DNA from: Vicugna vicugna | Taxonomy: Eukaryota | DNA: 64,000 nt | NCBI GenBank assembly: GCA_013265495.1 | Contig: MU058718.1 | Location: 744,001-808,000 of the forward strand | Direction: 5' to 3' | Shown: piece after piece, positions 54,014 through 64,000 of the stretch | Layout of the letters: each line of letters opens with the position of its first letter | Numbering within the stretch: position 1 is the stretch's first letter | Position numbers and translations under genes: made by a program | Notes under the pieces: generated by a model | Databases searched by the model: none | What the model was told of the DNA's origin: nothing | Seen by the model: only the letters and a program-made list of their open reading frames with translations

Positions 54014-54626
54014 GGGGGAGTAAGGAGGAGAAAAGAAAAATAAGAGAGAGACAGACAGCACATTCTTCTTTATGAAGCTGTTCTTGCATATGTCTCCCCA
54101 TCTTGGCAAACTTAATTCTTTCTTTATTTTACTTCTCTTTCCTAGATAATCTTGCAGACAATTTATTTTCCCAAGTAGAGAAACAGACAACTAACATCTA
54201 TCATTCCCACTTACCAACATAATATTTTATACCAAAACGCCACAATTTCAGATGAAAAGATGGTTGTTCCTCAGAAGGGTAGCACCTTACATTACCTATT
54301 CTTACACTACATCCTTACATTTCTCACTGCACTGAAGACCAGTGAAAATGACACGGTGTCCTAAGAGACTTCTCATATTAACACCTGTGATACTTTATTC
54401 TTCTCATACAAACGCCTCTGTTCACTAGATGATAAGTTTCTTAGGAGCAAGGTTTGTGAATTATTAGTCTTTGTATCTGTGTAATGTAGTACAACTCCTG
54501 GAACAAAATAGGTGTTCAATAAATGTCTGTTAAGTCTGAGGAAGGGAAAGCAATAGAGAAAGAAAATTAAAGGGCTAAACAAGGGGCACAGAAAGTGAGA
54601 AAAATCTTCAGAAAATAGCCACCAAC

Positions 54627-54766
54627 TTGTAATTGAAGCTGAAGACGGATTGGTGATCTCTAAGCCAAAAGGATTCTTGACTTGTCTCATTTGCTTTTTG
54701 AAAACTCTTGTGTTGAACTGGGTCTCTTCTGAATTTCTCAGAATTACCGGAACATCCCAACCAAAC
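54627..54766 (-). CDS. CGRRF1: CGRRF1 coding exon 2 (140 nt)
   Basis: Encodes FGWDVPVILRNSEETQFNTRVFKKQMRQVKNPFGLEITNPSSASIT. Acceptor TTTCTTCAG|G, donor CAA|GTTGGT; phase fits exon 3. Confidence 0.93.
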
Positions 54767-56689
54767 CTGAAGAAAGGTAAAAGCAAAATAAGATGTAATT
54801 TTAACAAATATTGAAACTTTATGTTATATATAAAGTATGTTGTGCTTTATTAGCTATTCCTTTTAACATAAGTATCAGAAAAAGGGATTCAGTTACTCAA
54901 AAATTTACATTATATTGCACAATTAATCCAGAATTAAGAGGTTAGAGATCCCATAGAATTGCAATATGTTGGTCAGCTGGCTGAATCAACATAATCTCGA
55001 AAACAAAGAGTTCTTTGTTAATTATTGTTGATTAAAAAGGAGTTTCATGATTAGAGATAAAATGTACCTAAAATAATGGCAAAAATATGATAGAATTATT
55101 GAATTTTTAAAATGATATGAAAAACAAATACATATTTAATATGCAGACTGCTTGACATTATTTATGGATCAAGAGAGCTTTTAAACACCAAATATAGCCC
55201 TTCATTTACATACTACGTTCTCTACTTTTAAATTTCATGTAAAAATGTGATAATGCATACTGAACAGACTTCGAGGGAAAACAGAAGGGTCTAAACTCAA
55301 TTCCTTATAAAAGTAGAAAGCAGCTACGTTTACTGAATTTAAGTAAAACAGCTTAAAATGAAAACACATTAGTTAAACTGAGGGACTTTAGGTTGAGATA
55401 GCACAGTTTGGTTCAAACTTTAATGCACTCTTTTCTCTCCAAACACTTAACAATGACAGATTGAAAAAATTTTTATTTAGAGAAATGAAAGGGATCCCAC
55501 TGAAATGAGTAAACGAACAGTGGTGTGTTTAAACAAGCCGAGAGTGCTGCTATTCTGCAATAAAAAAGGAATAAGTTATTACTACAACCACATGGAGAAG
55601 TTTCAAAGACAACATACTGTGCAAAAGATGCCTTATATAAAAGAGTACACACTATATGATTCCATAATAAGAAAGTCTAGAGCAGGCAAAACTAATTTAT
55701 GGTAGAAATAAAAAACAGAACAGTGGTTACTAGGGGTATAGGAGTGTGGACTGGCTGGGAAAGGACACAAGCAAACCTTCTCTGGTGATGGTAATGTTCT
55801 CTATCGACTGGCGTTTGAATTGTATGGAAGATAGGTTTGAAAACATAAGACTTGTACATTTCACTGTATATAAACATCATTTTAAAAGAAAAAAAACTAC
55901 AAACAAAAACAAATATTCCACTCTAGCTAATAATATGCAATGCTTTAGTACTTATAAAGAGTATAACTCACTTTGAAGTGATCAAGAAATTAAGGTGGCC
56001 TGATGGGTGGAGAGAGGGATGGACAGATATATAATAAAGACATTATAGCAAAAGGCTGATTGTAGAACCTAAGTCATGGTTATATGAGCATTCACTGTAT
56101 ACCTCAAGTTTTCTGTATATTTGAAAATTTTAATAATAAAATGTTGAAAAAAGAGACATAGCTGGGTTCAAAGACAAATCTTTATGAATCTGAAAAGGAA
56201 AAGAAATATAAATTATGAGTAAGGCTGATACAACGGTTTGATGGGTTCTGAGTCTGACAGCAGGCAGCCTGTGGCAATGAAGCCTTCACACAGTAAGAAG
56301 GCCTCACAGGTTGCCCACTCAAGACAAGGGCCAAAGCCAGGTTCACAACTTGAATCCAGGAGTTGGTTTAGGCCAATGTCAATATGGGACAGAACTGTGG
56401 TTATAAGACCTAGTCCTTGATGTGGGGGTCTGGGAATCTGGGTGGAGGCTATTATAAAATGATTAAACAGCAAGGGTGAGGACAAGGCAGGAGTGGGTGA
56501 CTTCTGCTAAAATTTAGGTTGCAAACTAAAATTTCAAAACACATGAATAAATCTAAGGCCAAGAAAAAGCTAATAAAAATTAACAAATGGAATGAAATTT
56601 CACTCTAGATGATTTTAATTTTATAGAATAGTTGGATAAGGCTGTTTTGTTCCCGCTTTAAAAAGCTGAAAAGCAAGACTTTAACAGAT

Positions 56690-57930
56690 TAAAGTGCTTC
56701 CAAGTAAGTTAACTGAATCCCAAAACAAAGCTTAGTATTTACATGAATACAAAAACTCCAGCACTTAATAAGGTAAAATTCACAATGTTTAGCATATAAT
56801 AAAAAATCGACAGGCATGCAAAGAAGCAGGAAAATGTGATCCACAATAAGCAGAGAAACTAATTAATAGTAATAAACCCCAGAAATAATACAGATACTAG
56901 AATTAGTAGACAAGGATATCAAAATCATTGCCATAACTATACTCCATATTTCAAGAAAGTAAGTAAAGATCGAGTATATTATGTAGAGACATGGAAGATA
57001 TAGAAAAAGACCCAAATCCCTATCTGAAGATGAAAAATACAATGTTTTGGATGAAAAATACACTGGATGGGATTAGAAGCACATTAGACATTACAGAACA
57101 AAAGATTAGTAAATTTGAAGACACAGCAACAGAAACTATCCAATATGAAACAAAGATAAAAAAAGCTGAACAAAAAAACGAAACATCAGTGAGCTGAGGG
57201 ACAACTTGAAGCAGTCTAACATACTGAAGTCTACAGAGGAGGAGACGAGACAATACAAGAAAATTACTGACAAGTATTACTCAGGAACATAAATGCAAAA
57301 ATTCTTAAAAAAATTTTAGCAAATTAAATCCAACATTATACAAAAAGGTTAATATGTCGAGACCTAGTTAGGTTTATCTCAGGAATGCACATTTGGCTTA
57401 ACATTACATTTAAACTGTAATGTAATTCAGGGGGTGGGTATAGCTCAGTGGCAAAGCACATGCTTAGCATGCAAAGGTCCTGGGATCAATCCCAGTACCT
57501 CCATTTATAAATAAATAAATAAATGTAATTCACTATATTAAAAAAGAAAAATCATATAATCTTCCCAATACATGCAGAAAAAGTGCATACTAAAATCCAA
57601 TGTCTTGTATTAATAGAAACCATTAGCAAAGCAGGGAATTGGGAATTTGAAACTTGCACCTCTTGGAGAGTGATGGAAATGTTAGCTGTCTTGATTGTGG
57701 TAGTGGTTTCATTGGTGTATGCATCTATCAAAATTCATCAAAGTGTACATCTGAAACATATGTAGTTTATTGTACAGGAACCATACCACAATAAAGGTGT
57801 TTAAAAAAAAACTAGGAATGTGAAAAAAGAACTTACTCAACCTGACAAATGGCAGCAATAAAAAAAAAGTAAGCTAAGATCATACTTAATTAAAAACTGC
57901 TTTCCTCCGAAAGTCAGGAGCAAGACATTT
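56690..57930 (+). mobile_element. Old L1 ORF1/ORF2/3' remnants
   Basis: ORF 56991-57197 (MKNTLDGIRSTLDITEQKISKFED) resembles the L1 ORF1 coiled coil. ORF2-like sequence AAATGCAAAAATTCTTAAAAAAATTTTAGCAAAT follows. Confidence 0.7.
57430..57521 (+). mobile_element. tRNA-derived SINE (vic-1-like) inserted in an L1 ORF2 remnant
   Basis: GGGGGTGGGTATAGCTCAGTGG...GGGATCAATCCC with a (TAAA)n tail. Perfect 11-bp TSD AATGTAATTCA at 57419-57429 and 57522-57532. Confidence 0.88.
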
Positions 57931-58999
57931 AAGAGCCATGTGTCCTGAAGCACTCACTCAACCTCTATATAACTGTTTCCCACCTGTAGATGTTTCTAGC
58001 AGGGCTTGGCACTCTGTAAGTGCTGGCAATGGTAATGTAGATGATGGAGTTAGGGGTGGACAGAGAGAAAATACAAATTCAGTAACTTCTCCTCTTTGAT
58101 CCTCAGAATCAGGGACCTCACAGCTTTTGCCTCCACTGCTCACGGTTGCCCCAGTACATTTTAAAGGTTAAGTCAGGCATATGGAGTTGTACGACACAAA
58201 GTAAAACCTTCCTATGACAGCCATAACACCTTCCCTTTCCTTCCTTCTTTCCTTTACCGCTTGGAGTGAAAAAAAAAAAGCAAGAAAAACACGACTTTAT
58301 ACATACTACTCATTACATCCCCTTATACCCACAGTACCAGTAGTAAAAGCTAGAACTCAGGTCTCATGGTCTTCATTTCTCATGTAGGTTCAAGCACTAT
58401 ATTTCAGGTACTTTGTAATGTTGTACCTAAAAATTTCAATTAAAGAATCCTTTAAGGTGTAGGAGCCAGAAACCCCAAAAAGGCAGGGCTTTGAGAAGAT
58501 ATCTGGAAGCAGCCCATTGTGAGTGTAAAATTCCTTTGTAATATTCTTTATATACTCCATGATGTATCTGGTTTTAATATAAAAATGCTATTTGTCCAAA
58601 TCTTTACATAAAGTCAATGCTGTAGAAGGATATACCATATCTGCTCTATATACACCTCAGAATAGGACAAAGAATTCGACACGTAACGTGCCGCTCCTCT
58701 TTTAGCATCCTTATTCAAGGCTGCCTGGCCCAGCATCACATCAACAGTTAGGAAAGCAGATTCTTATCATTAAAAGAAATTCCTTTTTCTAGATTTTTAA
58801 TTTCTCTGCCTAGTGCTTAATCTTGGGTCTACAGTTTTTAATATCCTAAGGTCCTTGATTTGACTTACATACATCTCTTAAAACTAGTGTTAGGAAGTTA
58901 GGAATCTTGCTCAATTTGTTGGCCTTTTATCCTATATAACCTTCTTACTGTGAAGGATAACATACTTTTTTTTTAAAGTACACAAAATACTTTTCTGAA

Positions 59000-60080
59000 T
59001 AACAAACTAATTGTTATTCAGGTTAAGAACCAAAACAATACCCTCAGGAAGTTTCCTTGTGTCACCTCCCATGTACTACCCTTTCCTTCTCTATCTTGAC
59101 TTCAATGACTATAATTTAGTATTTGTGTTTTTGAATTTTTCTATAAGTGGAAGCATGCTGTGTATACTTTTATTTCCTATTTTATAACATTATGTTGAGG
59201 ATCCATTCTTTTTAAAAAAAAAACAGCTTTATTGCTTACAGCTCATTTAAAGTGTACAGTTCATTGGTTTTTAGTATATTTGCAGAGTTGTGCAAGCATC
59301 ACCATAATCTAATTTTAGGACATTTCATCATCCCCCAAAGAAACCCTGTGCCCATTAGCAGTCATTCTCTATTCCCTCCCTCTCTCTCCTCCCCATGTAC
59401 CAAAAAAGTGGAGAAGGTGAAGATGCATTCTTGTGTCTATTCATAGCGCATTTTTGTGGCTGTAGACTATTCTACTATATAAACATGCCATAATCTGCTT
59501 ATTCATTCCACTCTAAATGTTGTCCTTACGTCTTGGCCATTATGAATAATGCTATATGAACATTTTCATACAAGGATCTCAGTGCACATACACATACATG
59601 CATTTCTGTTATGAATGGAATTTCTCGGCCATAAGGTCTGCGCTTCTTCAACTTTGGTAGATAATGTTAACAATTGTTTTATGTAGTTACATTCCACTGG
59701 CAATGAATGAGGGCTCCCCTTGCTCCATATCCTTGTCAAAACGTGATTAGCCATCCTGGTAGGTAGGTGGTAGCATTTTACTATGGTTTTAATTTCTGTT
59801 TCCTTGAACACTAATGAGGTTGAGCACTTTTTATGATTATTGCTACTTGGATATCCTCTTTTGTGAAAGCCTTTTCAAATCTTTTCCCTGTTTTTCTACT
59901 GGTCTGTCTTTATTTTCCTTATTTAGAGAAATTCTTTATATGTTCTGAATGAGCCCTTTATTGGATAAATCTTCAGCGCTTTTACAGTCTGCCTTTTTAT
60001 GTTCATAATGGTATCTTTTGATTAACAGAGCCCTTAATTTTAACACAAAAGTTATTAATGTTTTCCTTTAGGGTTTAGGT
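59000..60080 (-). mobile_element. Old L1 remnants (with a nested L1M 3' end at about 59210-59390)
   Basis: Reverse-complement L1 motifs (TATGAATAATGCTATATGAACAT; TAATGAGGTTGAGCACTTTTT). Confidence 0.7.
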
Positions 60081-60569
60081 TCTTGCTCTTTGGCTTTTCA
60101 TGACTGCCTTATGTGAACGGTGTCCCAACACTAATATACTTCTGCATTACAATCTCAGACAGATCTGTGTTCCTGTCCTTTTAGAGAAGTTAGCTGAGCA
60201 TGCCTAGAGCAACCAGTGCTTAGTCAAGGCTCTGGGTCCTTATCTGACTCTGCCAGCCCGGTTCCGATACCCTCATGCTTTGAGGGGAACATAGAGGGTG
60301 AGAGGGATAGAACTCACTGTGTAATAAAGTGACATCATAACCTGACCACACCTCTTGTCCTAAACATTATGCCTAAAGTAGTTAAAGATCATATAAGCTG
60401 ACTCACTCATGTTGAGCTTTCAGCCGAGAATAATCCTAAACCCTTTCATCCACCTGCCTCATCGTGAACTTGCTCTTTTTGCATAAAAATCCACAACTTT
60501 CACAGTTTAAATTTATTTCATGTGGACCAATATTTCTATCTTTAACGTATTACTCAAAAGCCAATATGC

Positions 60570-60780
60570 AGAAGTCATCTGGAATGAAGTCAAACAATGG
60601 AGACTGGCTATTTAGCAATCCATAACTGGCGCTGAGAAATAGGTCAGCGACCCAGTGATGTTTCTCTGGCCACCATCCTTATATCTGACCTTTTCCACAT
60701 TTTTAATCAAAAACTTGGATTAAGACATTAATGTCCTGTGTATCAGATCTCGGCTGATATGACATTAAAAGAAATAGTAA
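60570..60780 (+). mobile_element. L3/CR1 reverse-transcriptase remnant
   Basis: TTCCACATTTTTAATCAAAAACTTGGATTAAGACAT...GCTGAT resembles the decayed CR1 FNIFINDLD...FADD region. Confidence 0.5.
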
Positions 60781-61799
60781 AGTAGAAATTGACCAATTTT
60801 CTTCTCAATCAAATTTCATTTTTATCTCTTCCCAAAGTCACTTCGGCAACTTGTTAGTAATGGAATACCAAATAAATAAATGTTTCTCAACACTCATTAC
60901 TTCCTCTTTTATATAAACTTAGCCCCCCTTTTATCTATTAAGAGAATTTTCCATTCTCTTTACTATTACAATTTTATATGTAATCCTCTTGGAATTTTCT
61001 ATAATTCTGGCTTTTCCCATTTCTAAAGTGTTCGTTGCATGTGTTCATAAGGCTTAAACTTCTAGCACAGCAGGAACCTGGGGACTTCCAACTCTGTCCA
61101 CACTTCTTCACATTGCCTGTACAATGTCTTACCCTGCACACACTTCCTAAGCTTCCTGTCAGCAGCTGAATCAGAGAACTGACCTCCTTTCCTTGTTAGA
61201 GTCTCATGGAGTCCCTGATGAATAAAGGTTACTTTGAGGCTAAAGTTTCAAGCTAAACAGTAAACAATTTTTATCACCTCTTCAGCCCTGAGTTCTAAAG
61301 CCAATTCGAAAACATACAGGCAGTTACTAATCTAGGGGTGGGGGGTGGGGCTTCTCTTCTGTATAATCTCCCAAAGTTGGCCTCACTTGGCTAGTTGAAC
61401 ACTGAGACTGGATCAGGATATAAAAAACATTTATGGGAAATCCTTGGTAGGGGAGGAGGGTTGTTTCTGAGGAAACTGCTGTGCTAACAGTATGACTTTG
61501 AGTAAGTGACTCCATCTCTAAAATTCCATGCCTTTAATTGTAAAAAGAGGGGTTAGAATATGTTATCTTAAGGCCCTATTAAGGCTTGAAATGCCACTTC
61601 TAACCGTTTTGTGTTTTCTTTTAGATTGTTCCAAGAAATTTCTTGCCAATAGAAGTGTCATTTATTTTGTCCCCTAAGACAATACAAACTAAAGTTATAT
61701 TCTTTTCCTAGGAAGGAATCTGTACCTCATCACCAACCTCATCACACATACACACAACCTACAGCATTCGACAAGTGAGATGAGAAATAGTCAAGGTCA

Positions 61800-62345
61800 G
61801 TGTATTAGGCAGGGTTGGCAGGAGCGAGAAACCAAATCAGTTATTTAGACATAAAGAATTTAATATAAAGAACTGCTAACCAAGTACTGGAGGACTGAAA
61901 AGGGAAGAAGGGGACACGGAGATATCTGAACAAGAAGCAGTTATCCCTCTAAGACTATGAAAACAAAGAAAGATTGGGGATTATTACAATTTAGAAGCTT
62001 GGAGAAGGAATCCCCCAGAGCTGGACCCCATCTTTTGCAGTAGGAGTGCTGGCCAGCTGGTGCTGATATTTCTGAAGGAGTGCAATAAGCTAGTTCCAGG
62101 TATGAGAAAAAAATCATAAACTAAAACTGCTGCTACTCAGGCCAACTGTCACTGCCAGGATCATGACCAGTGCTGCAGGACTGTAGACTAGGAAAAGGAA
62201 GCCAACTGTAAGAGGATGTCCCTTCTTCCTCCTCAGGCATTCCAGATTCTTTCCAGCACCTCCTCTGGCAGAGCCTAATAGGAAGCAAACTAGCACAAGA
62301 GAATATGTTTGCAAAGTTCTGGCCCCAGTTTTGAAAGCAGAGCAC
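61800..62345. mobile_element. LTR-like element (class III ERV?)
   Basis: Begins TGTATTAGGCAGGGTT; visibly homologous to 35830-36425. Confidence 0.6.
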
Positions 62346-64000
62346 AGAGAGCATGTCTGCAGCCGAGAGACAACAGCCTTGGAGAAAAATCTGGAGGACG
62401 ATTTACAGTATCCTCGTGGCAGTGCCGAGGATACAGAGACCTTCCTCAAGAGGACCTGACCTTCCCATCAATCAGGGGAACCCCATCTATGGACTGACTT
62501 AGATTTGGAAACTGGGTGAAAGGTCATAACTCTCCATTGTGACAAGTCAGGTTTCTGGCTCCAGACATGGAGTTTTTCCTTCTACGTAGTTCATGTAGCA
62601 TTGAGTAGGCCACCTACCTATTTTATTCCCAAGGCTACGTAACCTATTAGCCAGTGTCAAAGATCCTTGTGGGCCAAAACATTCTCTACTTTGTCCTTCA
62701 CTGCCCATTATGGGACATATGTCCACCCTGACTCTTTTGCTTATGTGTTGCCACCAGACCTCAGATCAGAAAGTCCACCATAATGGCAGCATCTCACACC
62801 ATAATCGACGACCTACAGGGGACACATTAGGGATTTTCAAGGACACAAGTCTCCTTTAGTAGAGCCTTCATAAAGTGTGTCTTCTGCGTCCTGTTGAAGG
62901 ATGCAGAAAGGGAACAGGTGGGCAGGCTGCACATAATAAATCCAATCTAATATTCTTATCTTCCTAAGCCTTCAGATTCCTTCGTTATGCCAGGAAAGTT
63001 CTAGCATTTCAACCTTATTAAATATAGGGCACCTCTGACTCCAAGTTTCAGTAAACCAAGTATGAGTTAACACTTTAGATTCAGAATTGTTTGAGAATAC
63101 ACCCAGATCAAAAAATGCAGTCTGATCTATTGTTACATCCTATCCTCCTTGGCCTAACCTACTTACACTCCATTCTCACAAATAATACCCAAATTCATGA
63201 TGATACAAATTAGCAAACTTTTGTAATTCTTTTAGAGGGCTAAGCTATTTCTAACTAGGTCAGGTTTTTGTCCCTGTCCTGTGGAGCATGAAGAGATCTG
63301 GGCCTCGTGGCAAAAAGCGATAGCAGTAGGTCTTGAGTGTAGACAGCCTTTGCAAAGCAACTGCCCTAGAGGAGGTTATTACATGATCTCCAAGCAAGGG
63401 AAGGCTAGTTTTCTCTGACATAGAAAACAGGCTGCTTCCAACAACAAGGGAGGGTCAGAGTGACTGGGGTTTCAAAATTCTCAGCTCTGTCCAAGTTTAT
63501 TTAGATGTTGCCATTCCAAATCTCAGGGCTCCACTTCTTTCCAATCATGTCTTAAATGAGACACCAACATGGCTGTGAAATTCTAATACCAGTATAATTA
63601 AAACTGTGTTCAATTTTTAGCTTTGTGGTTACATGAAGTGAAGTAATTTAGAACCATAAAGACTCCCTGATTCTCTAAGACTTGATCCGAGAGTTTAAAG
63701 ACCTGAGTTCATCATTTTCATTCTGGAAGTGCTCCAGTCGTCTCCCAAGCAACCATCCTGCCCATCCCTCAGTCCCTGTAGTCTCATTACCGCCATGATG
63801 GTCATATACTTTAGCCTCTTGGTCCCCCTAGGCACTTACTTCAGAAATCATTTAATCACAATCAAATAAAGGTTGTAATTTGATTAATTATAATACCAAC
63901 ACGTGCCATGGATTACTAGAATCTTATTTCCCATTGGCAAGGAGCTGAGGAAAGGACCAAACCCAAATCCCATCTTTGAAGGTTCCCCCCCTGGGATCCC
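62345..64000 (-). mobile_element. ERVL/MaLR internal (gag-like) remnant
   Basis: Minus-strand SNPWHV motif near 63900-63920 and TCACCCAGTTTCCAAATCT...GGTCCTCTTGAGGAAGG near 62440-62520 resemble class III ERV internal sequence; many stop codons. Confidence 0.65.

Noticed and set aside
54767..64000. CGRRF1 exon 1 and promoter
   Set aside because: No CpG island or matching N-terminal exon seen; it must lie beyond the window.
1..64000. CRISPR array, operon or other prokaryote-type system
   Set aside because: The DNA is mammalian, with spliced genes and no regularly spaced repeat-spacer structure.

Overview
This is mammalian genomic DNA, most likely from a camelid: it has two vic-1-like tRNA-derived SINEs and I saw no Alu, B1, Bov-A or PRE-1 SINEs. 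Two known genes lie head-to-tail on the minus strand. CGRRF1 (RING-finger protein) coding exons 2-6 span 54766 to 42538, and its exon 1 lies beyond the right edge. SAMD4A (Smaug1) has its CpG-island promoter at about 28270-31570 and its first coding exon at 28520-29139 (ATG at 28715); positions 1-28519 are part of its large next intron. The rest is intronic or intergenic DNA rich in L1, L2, L3/CR1, MIR, LTR/ERVL-MaLR elements, DNA transposons and microsatellites. Nearly all ORFs in the supplied track are spurious. I found no evidence of a wholly new biological system. The best signals are a U12-type (minor spliceosome) intron in CGRRF1; a complex SAMD4A leader (candidate alternative first exons, uORFs, a G18 G-quadruplex, a C/EBP-ATF site); and a three-level nested retrotransposon with target-site duplications. 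Gene and repeat names come from my recall of the families, not from a database search. Repeat boundaries are approximate unless TSDs or TIRs are given.
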